Origin: Phoronis australis
Taxonomy: Eukaryota > Animalia > Phoronida
Direction of reading: 5' to 3'
NCBI GenBank assembly: GCA_002633005.1
Contig: NMRA01000099.1
Location: 257,086-321,085, forward strand
DNA: 64,000 nucleotides
This document shows positions 1-12,716 of this stretch, one piece after another. How positions within the stretch are numbered: the stretch's first letter is position 1; every line of letters starts with the position of its first letter. The notes below the pieces were generated by a model. That model ran no database searches and had not been told where the DNA came from. It saw only the letters and a program-made list of their open reading frames with translations. A program made the translations under genes and the position numbers.

Positions 1-1952
1 AGCGAAGCCAATTATCCTCGCTCGTGACTCGATGACTAGAGCAGCTTGGCGGCATCCCTTTGATCGTGAGCCGAGTGCGACTCAGCCAAGGTGGATAAAT
101 ACGGTCTACTTCAATTTTCCATACCCCACCGTTTACCTTAACCACTGGGGTTAGGACCAATCTTATTTAGTGGGAATGTTCATAGCATGGAGAAATCACT
201 TGGTAGAAATTCAAGTTTTTGTTATAAAACTAAAACAAACATCACATTTGTATACACACAAACTATGGAGCCCTCTTTGATAAGTTGCTTGTATTGAAGA
301 TCAGATGTATCCCTACCCAACCTAAAATTACCCATCTGGATACACTATATATTGAAAAACACTTTGTTTAAGAAATGTTAATAACTTCAATCTTTAAGGT
401 ATTAAGTAAAATTTTCTGATCAGGAATGTTTTTCATTCTTCCATGTTTGAATTAGAAAAAACGGTTTGTTTTAGATTTTTGCATCAGAAATACAAAAACA
501 CGCAGAAAGTGAGCGCATTTTCAATTACTTCATTCGTGGTTTTCTGCATAGTGCCAGCAACTCAGTAATTGCACTTAGTCTAACCATATGAATTTTTCAC
601 AATCCATTCGTTCATCAAATCAGTTTTTAACTATCAGATGACAATGGCATAGTAAAGCCTGGGTAGAGTTTAATAACTCTAGAACCTCACTAGGACCTCG
701 CTAGAAAAGCAAGACTTCGCTAGATTACACGAGATATTGCAGTGTATGTTCAATAAGAGCACGTTATTTTGGCCAGATTTTTCTCACCACGAGACAGCTA
801 TTGAACTCTGCCCAAATACCCCTCAACCTACATTACTATTGACATTTCTAGTTTCTGAAAATCTTCTCAGATACGTCACATAAATGTTGTCAGATAAACA
901 GAAATATCAGTTAGAACAACAATATCAGTGATTGGGCCTCTTGCTTGATAACATTTTCCTAGTAACGCCTCCACCATATTCTCTATTAAAATCTAATTTA
1001 ATGTAATTGCCGTTATGAAGTAATGATGTTCATGCTGACACTGTGTAACAGCAAACAAATTTTGTTTGCCTAATTGCCTTTTCAACGCTTTTCATTTTCA
1101 AGCTTGTGGGGGATTTCAGTTTAACTTTTCCCCTGAGATGTTAGAATGTTTCGTTCTGTGACCTTAATTAACGCTGTTTCTTATCTTGTTGTCCACTGCT
1201 TGACTAAGTGGCTAACTGCCAATTTAGAAAATTTTCAATTAAGTGTCCACTGCTTAGATTAGTGCCCGTCCATAATTTACTTCACAAAATTCATAGTCAA
1301 AACAGTAATGCGCGCTTCTAAATGCAGAAACTGCATTAATTTCCAGATTCAGTATAGAACAGTCGTCACTAGGGACATTGTATTATATTAACATCTTCTA
1401 CAATGTATTAAAAACTGACGTGGTGTTCAAGCTGACATTACTTTAACACAGTCTCTCATTCTATGCTAAACAATTTCACTTTTCTCCCAGTTTTCAGAGC
1501 CAAATCCCAGCCTGGTTCACATCCAAAGCTGAAGTAGCAGGTGCTTTACACGTGACATTTTGTGGCTGACCTATTTATTCCATGAATAGCACATATTCAG
1601 TGCCAAGCAAGCAAACGTCCCAGTCATGTGATGTTTCGTGACAGACCTTTTTCCATATATGTGCCGTGTATTCAGTACCAAGGGAGCAAACACGTATCAT
1701 TCTACAGTCAAAGTATTTCAAGTCTTTAATTCCCAGTATTTAACTATGTACATTAGACATAAGAAGATTTATTTCTTGTGAAAATTCCCTCGCATCAATA
1801 CATGATTTAGTAAGGGCATACAAAGCCTTACGGAAGTTTTTTGACACGATGTTTTTCAATAGTTCAAGTAAAAATTTGAACAGGGTCAACAAGAAGAGGG
1901 AGTTTGCACTTTTAGATTTATGTGACTTTTCATCTCCAGATCAATGAATTTG

Positions 1953-3652
1953 ATGACAATCACAAGGCGGAAACACTCTCTACTTGAGTTGAGCTTCAAA
2001 TAAGCATCGGAAATTTGGTAATTGTAGTCACCAGAATAAGTATCGTATAGACCAGAAAATAAGTCCGAAATAAATAACCATAGAGATATGACTATTCGGA
2101 ACTCAAAAGTACCCATTAGAAGGCCCAAAAAGAATGTTTCGGAGTTGATGGGTTTCAGACCCAAGACCACGCTACAATGAATCCTTTTCTAAAATGTGCC
2201 CTGTAACTGTTCACAGCAACCAAATCAAATTGTACACATAGCTCAACAGCGGCTCCAGTAAAAAACTTAACTGGTTCATATAGAAGCCTTACTTTGTTTC
2301 CAGCAGATTCAAATTCCACTTGTAGAATGCGGCAGTCTTCAAAGCCAGGAGCTTCAGTGCTCGTGATTTCTTGTTTCTGACTGGATTGATGGCTTCTACA
2401 AAAATACAAGACCGAGAGAAAAATCAAGACAACACTAACTTCACATTTATGCCATCCACTTGGAAAGGGACTAATCACACGAGTACGCAACAAGAAACGT
2501 TTAGAGCTAAAAAATGATCATACTAACTAAAATGCATTTGGACACAGCAGACATTCACCAAAGTATCCGAGTCGTCAGATTATGGGGTTTTCTCCATTAC
2601 TGTATCCATCTTACCAAATCCTTTTAATTGTTTACTGGTCAATTTTCGAGTCGAGTTTCAAGAGCAGAGATCAGGGCCCGGTCTCCAATCTCCGTACTCA
2701 GACTCGTACTCATACTCGAGATTTCATACTCAAAATCGTGCTCACTGGAGTCGTACTCAAAAAAGCGTATCTAATGTCGTATTTCGAATAGACTCCAAAC
2801 GTACTCAAATCTGACACTCATACTCGAGTTGCTATGGAACTCTTTATGATGTGAAATGCAAAATCACGCAAAGCCGCGCTGATTCATCGCTNGACAATCA
2901 CAGGGCGGAAACACTCTCTACTTGAGTTGAGCTTCAAATAAGCATCGGAAATTTGGTTATTGTAGTCACCAGAATAAGTAACGTATAGACCAGAAAATAA
3001 GTCTGAAATAAATAACCATAGAGATACGACTATTCGGAACTCAAAAGTACCCATTAGAAGGCCCAAAAAGAATGTTTCGGGGCTGATGGGTTTCAGACCC
3101 AAGACCACGCTACAATGAATCCTTTTCTAAAATGTGCCCTGTAACTGTTCACATCAACCAAATCAAATTGTACACAATGAAGTTGACTCGGGTTTGACTA
3201 AATTCACCCCACATAGCTCAACAGTGGCTCCAGTAAAAAACTTAACTGGTTCATATAGAAGGCTTACTTTGTTTCCAGCAGATTCAAATTCCACTTGTAG
3301 AATGCGGCAGTCTTCAAAGCCAGGAGCTTCAGTGCTCGTGATTTCTTGTTTCTGACTGGATTGATGGCTTCTACAAAAATACAACACCGAGAGAAAAATC
3401 AAGACAACGCTAACTTCACATTTATGCCGTCCACTTGGAAAGGGACTAATCACATGAGTACGCAACAAGAAACGTTTAAAGCTAAAAAATGATCATACTA
3501 ACTAAAATGCATTTGGACACAGCAGACATTCACCAAAGTATCCGAGTCACCAGATTATGGGGTTTTCTCCATTACTGTATCCATCTTACCAAATCCTTTT
3601 AACTGAATTACTGGTCAATTTTCGAGTCGAGTTTAAAGAGCAGAGATCAGGC
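1953..3652. repeat. Near-identical tandem duplication (~1953-2673 vs ~2893-3650) joined at an N; probably two haplotypes at a contig junction
   Basis: The block gacaatcacaaggcggaaacactctc...gagcagagatcag occurs twice with scattered SNPs and one indel of about 30 bp; single n at 2892 immediately before copy 2. Confidence 0.85.
2674..2880 (+). mobile_element. Left end of a PIF/Harbinger-type MITE (same family as 19704-20081), truncated by the assembly join
   Basis: CAG followed by GGCCCGGTCTCCAATCTCCGTACTC, matching the terminal inverted repeat of 19704-20081; internal tactc(g)a sub-repeats. Confidence 0.65.
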
Positions 3653-4732
3653 CATGGTCTCAGCGACCGGTTTCAGTGAGGAATGGTAATGTTTACAGAG
3701 GATCACGAACCAACCTTGACCTGAGCCTTGAGAACAACAGCTCACAAGACAATGAATGGAAACTATGACTTACTGTTGTGTACATTGCCATTTAACTTGT
3801 AGGCCACTGAAATGTTCTTTGTACTGCCACTAGCTAGTTAATAGATAAAATTATGCACCTCCAAACTTGAACTAGTTGAAGGCAAAAGCAATTAGTGCAG
3901 ACCCCCATTTTACATAATAGTAGTCATATGAGGCTCAGCAGATACATAGTCCCGAATGAAATGAGCTGGATTGTACATTTTTACAATGTCGAGACCAATA
4001 CTCTAGCATATCTAAGATAATGTACGGAGGGACAATCATAATTTTGGAGAAAAAAATGTCTATATAAGCCCTAAAATGTTATCTAGACAGCATTTTGGGG
4101 AGTGTTTTTTTGGTTCCATCAGTAGGCACAGGTCCCTTAGGATCCCCCAAAGTTTAGGACCCCATTAACTCCAACTAGAATTAGAACCTCACGTCACCGT
4201 AGTAGCAGTCACACACCATAATCATCAACACAACATAACAGACTTCTGCTACCCTAAAACTACCGTATCGGTTGTGAGGTAAGGAATGTCATGCAAGGTA
4301 ATCAAAAGTAATTACCTTGGCCAACAGTACCCACTTCGTTGTCCTCTGCAGTGTTGCCATCCTCAGCATGCTGAAGAAATTGAATGATCAGCTGTGTACC
4401 AGACGGTTCTGTAAAAGGAATCCATATATTGTTATTGCTATTATAATTATTATTATTATAATAATAATAATTTCCAAAATAGCCAAGTTTTTTAAAAATA
4501 ACATGAAATGATCTTGTGTAACAACAACCACCAACCAAGCTGATAGCAAAATGAATTTCGTTGATATATTTTTGTTGAGAATTTTGACAAAATAATACTA
4601 GCCCACAATATCATGAACTAGGTGAAGAATCACTCAATACATTTTTTTATACCACAACATTAGCGTGGAATGGCAGATACAACCGTGTAATAACCCATAA
4701 AGTTATCTCACTAGTGAGAAAACATTTTGGCG

Positions 4733-4805
4733 GGAAACGGAGGCCGGATTCGAACCCGGGCCTCAAGAGTTTTGAGTCGCTGACTTTACCACCATGCAGT
4801 GGCTG
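4733..4805 (-). repeat. tRNA-derived (SINE-like or tRNA pseudogene) segment
   Basis: Minus strand reads ...catggtggtaaagtcagcgact...gcccgggttcgaatccggcc, giving a B-box GGTTCGAATCC with T-arm pairing and a weak A-box; no convincing full cloverleaf. Confidence 0.5.
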
Positions 4806-5344
4806 ACGTCGTCGAACGTGAAAATAGAATACTTAAATGAGCACGCGCAACAATCGCATGTTCAGCAAAGGGCATTGCACCGACATTTATACGCTATGAA
4901 AAATAAGACGCATAATTTCCATAAAAACGATATTTTAATTCAGTGAAATTTTTCTCTAGTTTTCTCTCACTCGTAAACCACCAATCTCCAATTTGAATGC
5001 GGGTATCGTGTCGTGTTGACTTGAGTATTATAGTCAGTTACTAGTGGTAACATATTTTAGCAGACGATATTTTCCTGGTCGAAGCTTAGCGTGATAAAAT
5101 GTGTAGTAAGCTATAATAGTTGCTAAACTTTAATTTATTGATTCACTTTATTTCTATTTTGTTTTATTTTTCAATTGGTTTTGAGTAAAAGCCATTATTT
5201 GACAAAAATAGCTTGGCTTTTCTTAAAGGGTCACGACCTCCGACCCCGGGCCCAGGCCTCTGACATAGAAAGTAGTTACAAAGCCAAAGCAAGTCGAGAA
5301 AGGTAGATCGATTCATTGCAATGTTTCTCGTTCAGTATGTGGTA

Positions 5345-5513
5345 TAAATAGATTATTACATGTTCTCAGTCGTTATCCCCCTTACCTAGAGCCCTTGTGG
5401 ATTTTGTAGAATTATCACGCTCGGGGCCGACGCCCCTCGGGCGATAATTCTCCAAAATCCACTCGGGTTCTAGATAGCGGAGATAACGACTTCGCCATGT
5501 AATAATCTATATA
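5345..5513. mobile_element. ~170-bp palindromic (foldback) non-autonomous element with TA-rich flanks
   Basis: atagattattacatg...gtcgttatc...tggattttg.agaattatc is mirrored by gataattctccaaaatcca...gataacgac...catgtaataatctat around a GC-rich central hairpin ggggccgacgcccc. Confidence 0.75.
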
Positions 5514-7399
5514 TATTAACCACTGACCTCTTGCAGTAATAACTTAAATGACAATAGAACAGAAACAACATAAATAAACTAAATGCAGTTTATTTCCATA
5601 TAATTTTTTGAGTCACAGGTGGGTTAGGAAATCAACAATCCACCTATTTTGTCAACAGAATATAGTGAAATTGACTTTAGTTTACAAAAATATAATTATA
5701 CAACACCGCAACACAATTTCCAAACGACAAATATTCGCCAAAGCCCTAAAAATGTATACAGTGTTTTTGGGGGGTTTCTGTCCGTAGGGGCTTTGGACAC
5801 CTCAAATCTGCCCGTCAGAATTGAACCAGGTACTGTGACTTCACAAGATGTAAATGCAATGTTAAAAACCAATGGACCCCAGAGCACTCTCTTGGTGTGT
5901 CGTTAGCTCACCTGGATTGCTTTTTGTGAGGTGTCTTACAAGCAGGTCTCCATCCAGTAAGAACTCGTACCAGGTCACTGCATTGCTAGGCAACAGCGGA
6001 GGGGTGTCAACACGACTCGTCATCTATCTACTGTAAGAAAGTTATAAGAAACTGTAGAAAAACACAGGCTACTTTTTGTGTAATAGTTACTGTAAAACTG
6101 CAAATAGAAGCTTGGATATTTACTCATTTTAGACATGCTCTAGACCAGGTCTGTTAGAGTCCAAGAGTTCATTCATTTGGCCTAGGCCAAGCTAGTAATG
6201 TAATTGCCTGTGTCAATCGACCTTTCCAGGGTCACAAATGTATTGCATTTTTCCATCACTCCCCCCCCCTCAAAGTTCCCATCCAATGACTAAACCATCA
6301 AGGACCTTAGGTTAGAATCACACTTAGACATTACTTTGTCTCGGCAACTTGAGGCATTGCCAATCAGGGGTATCAGCCAGTGAGCCAGTGGTACAATTGG
6401 TGTAGACCAGGGGTGGGGATTTTGTCCTCAACCAAAAATTTCCCTCGAAGGCACATGCACCTTTCCTTTCACGTTACAGAGGGCCATAACCACTGATCAA
6501 CCATGCATTGTTTGACCAGTGACGCTGAGATCCGAGGGGTGAAAACTAACTTGAAAAATAATCTGAAATTTCCAGTTTCCAAACAGTGCTACAATATTCA
6601 TGTACTAATGGAATAGGTTCATTAGCAACCTGCTGTTTTCACCATTTCCTCGGTATTACACGGCAAATCTGTATTTTATTTTCAGTTATCCATAAAGCTA
6701 CCCAGCTCTCTACCAAAATTACGCACATGCGCTACTTAAGCCCAAGTCGAAACCGTGAACTCCCAGAACTGTTTTAAAATGTTCTTTGAAACCGAAATTC
6801 ATAGATCACCCGAAGTAGAGATATATTGATGGAACCTCTCGCCCACTAGCACAAGGCAACCGAGATTTGGGCTGGGCGACTTAAAACAAGTCGAATGGAT
6901 GCCCAATTTGTGACCTCAGGTTTTGCACATATCTAGACAGGTAATCCAAACTTTATCATGATATTGCTAGATCGGACTTCAATAGGGCTGCCCTGGATTA
7001 CACGGCGATAGAACTCTCCTTTGTCTCGGAGATAACAACGCGTGACCTAGTTTTGGAAATCAGGCACATTTTCGTGTCTGTCATTGGTGTGGGGAAGGCG
7101 AAGAATTTCAGATCACGCATCTACAGGTATTTGTCCATTTTATCAAACATTTTCACGTCAGGAGTTGCAGCCCACAGCACAGAAGTAATACTTCTTTGGT
7201 ATTGGAAGGACGAATAGAGTAATGCAATTGAGAAAAATGTGTAAAATGCAGACAACAACAAATAACATGTGAATATCTACTGGCATGAAAACGAGGCAGA
7301 AAATGTGCCTGCCGGATGTTTACGGCATTGTGGGTAGACACATCGAGATTCGAGAGTTACTGGCTAATCCGGGACGACCCTATTACTATCCACTTGTTT

Positions 7400-7950
7400 A
7401 GCATTTAAGCAGAAAAATGGGAAGGATTCAGTTTTGTGCCGTCAAGTGTGTGTTTAGTGATTACCAGTCCTCGTATACAGCTTTGCTATCAAGGGCAAAG
7501 TCTGTTCCATTACTGGCTCATCAAATGAGTCTAGCTTTAGAAGTTTTTAAACACGTCCACCATGTCGGCCCAGGTCCTCTAGATTGCGTCAATCACCCGA
7601 TAACTAACGGGGACAAAATGTGTTATCAGTCTCGAGATTTCGTTCATCTACTTATGGCCTAAACTCCATACGTAATTGAACTGTCTCTCTATGGAACAAA
7701 TGGCCTGAATCAATCAGGTGTTGCAATGACCTGACAAAATTTAATCCATTATATCGACTGTTCCAAGAGCAGCCTGTGAGTGCCAGAACTGTATCCTATG
7801 TTGTGTCATGTCTTTTGCTTCATGTTGACAATCATTAGGGTTCTGACTATGCTCGTTTCCATAGTTATTTATGTATTTTTTATTTGTAACTAGAACCTGT
7901 GCTAATGCTTTCTTTTTCGTATCTATCAACACCGATATAAACTAATGCTT
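7400..7950 (+). mobile_element. 3' fragment of a CR1/L2-type non-LTR retrotransposon (decayed RT C-terminus plus tail)
   Basis: VFSDYQSSYTALL..LALEVFKHVHHVGP, then frameshifted YGLNSIR and LWN motifs and a terminal CxCxxC (tgtgagtgccagaactgt); typical end of a CR1/L2 ORF2. Confidence 0.65.
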
Positions 7951-8019
7951 ACTCCAAAGGCAGGATTTAATATAAGTGATTCAATGAAATATGACCAACT
8001 TTTGTTTAGAAATTCAACG

Positions 8020-8320
8020 CAAAATACACTGCTCGTGCCAGGAGATATGACGTCATATCCCCTGGCGTGAGCAATATAAAAATAGTCAGTAGCCGATTTG
8101 GGAAACTGAATGAAGGACTGTTGGAAAAAAGTATTGGATTACGATCCAGATTTGTTCATGTCGTGAACACATCCACTAAAACAAGAAACTGTAGGAACAC
8201 CGCATTTATCCACCTTCACTCTTATCAGGCTTCTATTGTGAGTCAGTATGCGTGAATAATTGGTTGATAAGCCACCTCTGGAACTACTTTGGGCTGAATG
8301 GATGACCAGGCCATAAAATG
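8020..8320. mobile_element. Partial copy of the TGACGTCA-centred foldback family (see 28148-28675, 29538-30429)
   Basis: ggagatatgacgtcatatcccctggcg...gatttgggaaactgaatgaaggactgtt matches about 28412-28495. Confidence 0.7.
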
Positions 8321-8403
8321 ATAATTAGCCAAGACCAGTTACTATAATGCAACAAAGAACAAGTAATAATGTCTTGCATCACCTAGCCTTGGTGGAAAGC
8401 TGT

Positions 8404-8695
8404 ATACTGTATTGGCTCAAACAAACGCTTAAAAAAATTCATTTCACGGGGAGGGGACGCTTATTGTAGTGAGCCTACGGCAGTTGAAACCCGGTTTCCC
8501 AAACGGGTAAAATCGGAAGCTAGGATTCATCAAATTTACGCTCTGTGACGTATTTGTAGCCTATGACAGCCTTTCTACAAAATTGTGGTGCATTGCTATC
8601 AACTTCCGTTGTTAAATTACGATAATTTTTCAAAAAATTGTGCTCATCACAGGGCGAAAACTTGCCGACTGATGCGTCGCTGAATCGCGATCGTC
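8404..8695 (-). mobile_element. Partial inverted copy of the Tc2-like MITE at 13228-14289
   Basis: 8463-8690 is the reverse complement of about 14020-14230; ends at an N (8696). Confidence 0.7.
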
Positions 8696-9119
8696 NTGTG
8701 GGGAGACTCGTAGGCCCTGGGACTGGGTTACTGTCATACCCGGCAATTGTACTCCCTTCCTGAAACTGTACGCACACAAGTGCAATGTTTTTTACTGCGA
8801 AATAAGAATTGTTCTCCTTTTCAAAATTACAACTTAAGTTTCCTTTGGGAATTGTTCTAGCCAGCCAGCTAGCTGCATGATGACAATCGTTAAATGCAGT
8901 TAGGTACCACAAACCCTTGTAGTTTAGTCACCACCTCGTCGTGAATCTTAACATGTATAGCCGCTGGGGGTGCATGTAAAATCTGGAAGTCAACCGACAT
9001 TCACCTTGCCCATTACAACTGTTTAAGTGAACAACAATCTAATAAATGTCATTTTCTAATTTCTTATGTAATTCTCCACCTTTCTATCAATGAAAAGTAT
9101 GTCGTCATTTTGAATACAT

Positions 9120-9164
9120 ATGGCGTATGAAGCGCTTATAGGTGCTCCACAGTCTCTAGTACAA
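9120..9164 (+). CDS. Tentative first coding exon of the Morgue-like gene (MAYEALIGAPQSLVQ)
   Basis: ATGGCG start; phase-0 donor caa|gtagag is compatible with the next exon, but the donor is weak and there is no homology support. Confidence 0.25.
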
Positions 9165-10026
9165 GTAGAGACAGTGGTCACTGTCTAGCATGACAGGGGA
9201 CATCACTCAGTATTTTGCCTGAATCAGAGGCACCCCATGTGCTTCACTCCCGAATATTTTTACAAAATGTATTTGTTAAGGAAACAGTTTGGTGGTACTT
9301 GACAGATTTTTATGGATATTCTCCAGTTTTTCTAACCAACTTGTCTTCTAAGTGTTATTAGGAGTTGAGTATTTTGGATCATACTAGTAATGATTTGTCA
9401 ACTTTTTATACAGTAATTTTTATTTATGAAGAACCATAATCCATCTGCTTTACGGCGGCTAAAATGATGCATTTGCCTGACTGAATCACGTTGCGACAAG
9501 GATGATATATTGCTTGTCGGAATTATGATTCGACCAGGCTGAGGCGCTACCTGTCTGATTCATGATATTGAGAACTGGTGCTTATGCCATCCGTATTTTA
9601 GGGCTGTTCTCTTGATCGATATATCCGTATGCTCCAGTACTTGTGTATCAGAGTACAGTCCCTGAAAATGATTTGTTCTCCTTTCAGTTAAGGCAATGGT
9701 TATGTAATGTGATCATGCATTTGTATCTTCCTGTTTTCAAATCTGAAAAAATACACCAAAAGCGGTAAAACTTGTTAAAGCTCCATTTCCCCCTACTTAG
9801 TTGGCTAAAAACAAACATTTAATTAGAGCTTTCACTCTCATAAAATCAGTCTAGTAACATTCTTTACCCTAATAACATTTCATTTTCATTTACCAACTTA
9901 CAGTAAAGGACCGAATTCGATTTTTGTTTTTAGCCTACTATACACGGCAACATGCAGCATTAACAGTCACACCCTATACTCAGCGTGGTAGATCTCAAAG
10001 TTGACTGCTAGTTTTCTCCATTTCAG

Positions 10027-10167
10027 CATTCAAAATGTTGGCTTTGTGCTGGCTTCTACGGCTCCAACCATGGTCAGCCAGTGTGTACGACGTGTCATCT
10101 CTATCTGTATCTTGTCAACATTGATGCTGAGGATGAAGAGGACGAAAACCAAGGCTCCTTTGATGAA
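10027..10167 (+). CDS. morgue: Morgue-like gene exon: Cys4 zinc finger (HSKCWLCAGFYGSNHGQPVCTTCHLYL...)
   Basis: tttcag| acceptor, |gtttgt donor, 47 open codons with CxxC-x12-CxxC(H) followed by an acidic stretch; missed by the ORF track in this frame. Confidence 0.8.
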
Positions 10168-10805
10168 GTTTGTGCTGGTTACCATATTGTGTATCTAAAC
10201 TCTTTTTAGACCTATGCATACAATGCATAGAAATAACTTTTTGTATGACTTGTTCCGTCATGGAACTGTGTGCCCATCTTGAGTAGGTTAGATTTGATGT
10301 ACAATTGTACTCGAGCCATACAATTTTATCTGTGATAAAAGCTGTTTATTCTCAAAGTCAGCAACTTCGGCTATTGGCCGAAAACTAGTTTCAGTTTGAT
10401 TACTATGTTATAATTTAACTAAACCAAAACTAAAAAGGTGGGTGCCTTAAATGTACCGTGCCATCTGTTTGAACCTGCGAAGTCTTGTGTACACTGTTTT
10501 AGAATGTGTTAACACGTGGTGATGATATTTTAATTTTACGTGATTAAGTGTGTCGACTGATTTTATGCTGATTTGTTATCACTTAAATCAGCAATTATTG
10601 GCTTTTTGGTTTTATTGCTATGTGTGAATTTAGTTTTGGTTTGTCTGGGATGTTTTTTAATGCTAGCGGGTTTCTTATGTGTACAGGTATATGCAATCTA
10701 TTTTGTTAGCATACAGTTTTTCTGTACCGTGTAATTTTAAGTAAAAAAATGTTTACAAGTACAAAATTAGTATTGTTTGTCACTCTTGTCGCTTCTGTTT
10801 TCAAG

Positions 10806-11016
10806 AAAACAGACTCTGCTGATTCAGGCACTGAAGAGCCAGACACAGCCTCAGATTTTTACGAAACAGAGAACCAGTCTCGGCACAATATGAGGCACTG
10901 GTTCAAGGCTTCAAAGAGGGATGACCTAGCGGAGAGAATAGCCTGCCTAACTTTGCCAAGGGAGTATGAAAAGGAAAAAATGCCAGACGGCATCATAGAG
11001 TCATTTCCCCCAGAAG
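10806..11016 (+). CDS. morgue: Morgue-like gene exon: DSG linker and start of F-box (..IIESFPPE)
   Basis: ttcaag| acceptor phase 0, g|gtataa donor phase 1; joins to VLLSVFCYLD to form an F-box (LP.E.L..IF.YL pattern). Confidence 0.85.
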
Positions 11017-12031
11017 GTATAAGGTGATAGATAGAAACTGATGGTTTTCCATTTTCAAAAATAGAGATTTCTGTTTTAGCAAACATGTGTGCTGTAAAAC
11101 AGTTGTCAATTGGTTTGTGACCAGAAATGTCAAATTTGATGGTTTATATTGAGTTCTTATTTTTTTGTTAACTAAAAAACAAAAATATTAGAATACTGGT
11201 TTCTGCTTGACAATAATATGTAAATACCATTTGAACTCTCTGTGAAAGAAGTCAAATTTGGTGAATTCTATCTGTTTCCGTTATTGTGGAAAATTAAGGT
11301 CTCTATATAGACAATCTAACTTCTTAATAGCTTAAACATTGTTTTCATCCAAATGTTAAGTTGGAGACTTTTCATCACAAAACTGAGGTTATGTTCACCT
11401 GTTATCACTGCCATATTGCAGTGTTTGACAGCTCACCAATGAAATGACCTTTGCTGCACTTGCACTCTACCACTAAACTGTCATGACGATATTTTTCCAA
11501 ACTTCTGTTTTGTTTTTAGAGGATTGGTTTTGAAATCTGATTTACAAAGATTTTTACTAAACAAAATGACGTATACAAATCCGTTCATCTTGTGTCAAGG
11601 CACCCAAGATAATGCAACAGCTATCAATTTTGTTACATCTGCTACAACAGTTCCATCACTTCCTATTGGTTAGCAGACTGAAAAACCATTGACATTTTTA
11701 CGGATAGAGAAAATCGATGCGTGCACACCTCAGAACATAGATTTGTTGGATACAAGTCTTCCAATCAAGAATCCAGTAAAATGTCATGCAGGCAATTGGC
11801 TGCTTGATAAGCTGGCAGTTGATTTAGGATAGATGTAACCTGTTTGCTTCCGTCTGTGATAAACTTAACACTCGGCTGCTAGAAACCCCACTGAAAATGT
11901 TGTGATTTCTATAGATCGTTTATCTACGTTTGCTAGTGGCTCTGCTTTAGATGACTGCTATCCAACAATCCTTTGCATGTATGACGTCTGTCTCTGTTGA
12001 CCTCATGTGACAATCATGGTTGCATTTCCAG

Positions 12032-12221
12032 TGTTACTATCCGTCTTCTGCTACTTGGATGACGTGGCGCTGTGGACAGCCTCCCAAGTATGCTCTAGGT
12101 GGCAGCAGTTGCTAGAAGCGGAGACACCAGACGAGAAGTGGGAACAGTTCGTTCGTCTGCGTTGGCCGTTGTTTAAACCTGCATATCGTGTGCAGTCATG
12201 GAGGATGATTTACACAAAACT
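12032..12221 (+). CDS. morgue: Morgue-like gene exon: F-box core (VLLSVFCYLDDVALWTASQVCSRWQQL)
   Basis: ttccag| acceptor, ct|gtaagt donor; canonical F-box pattern. Confidence 0.9.
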
Positions 12222-12464
12222 GTAAGTCGAACTCGTACATGAATTAATTTTTGTTTTTACAAACTACTATTACCAAGGTCCGCCCTGTGTTCTGAGCTTG
12301 GTGGAATCAGTTGTGTGTGACTATGTAATATAAGCAAGCATTTTTATGTGCAGATACTTCATCAGTACTACAGATTTGTGGGATAAAATTCTTGAATGTT
12401 GCGAGTCCCTTTTTAGTCAGTGCACAAAACCATTTGTTTCTTACTCATTACATTGTTTTTGTAG

Positions 12465-12716
12465 CGTTGAAAGCTCCCCCTGTTGGTATTGCCTGGAAAC
12501 GATGGTCTTGCAGAGCACGCTCCCTATAGACGAGAACTCGTGGCGACACCGAAGGCTGCGTAGTGAACTAAAGACATTGAAATTTGACCCACCAGAGGGA
12601 ATTCAAGCGACACCTTTAGACATGTTTTGTTGTCACTGGCAGGCGTGCGTTGCTGGGCCCCGTGGCAGTCCTTATGAAGGCGGAAATTTCTTTTTGTATT
12701 TACAGATTCCAAAAAG
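12465..12716 (+). CDS. morgue: Morgue-like gene exon: CxxC plus N-half of UBC/UEV domain
   Basis: RRLRSELKTLKFDPPEGI...W...GPRGSPYEGGNFFL is the E2 fold N-terminus; tgtag| acceptor, ag|gtaatt donor. Confidence 0.92.

Noticed and set aside
1886-3468. Paired 74-112 aa ORFs that look like duplicated small genes
   Set aside because: They come from the N-joined duplicate block; no recognisable domain, all frames are interrupted and no consistent splice structure is seen.
4317-4511. Small membrane-protein-like ORF with poly-Ile
   Set aside because: The hydrophobic run is just an (ATT/ATA)n microsatellite.
4733-4805. Functional tRNA gene (also 32205-32270, 62533-62592)
   Set aside because: Only promoter boxes and the T-arm are recognisable; acceptor and anticodon stems do not pair convincingly and the units sit in repeats.
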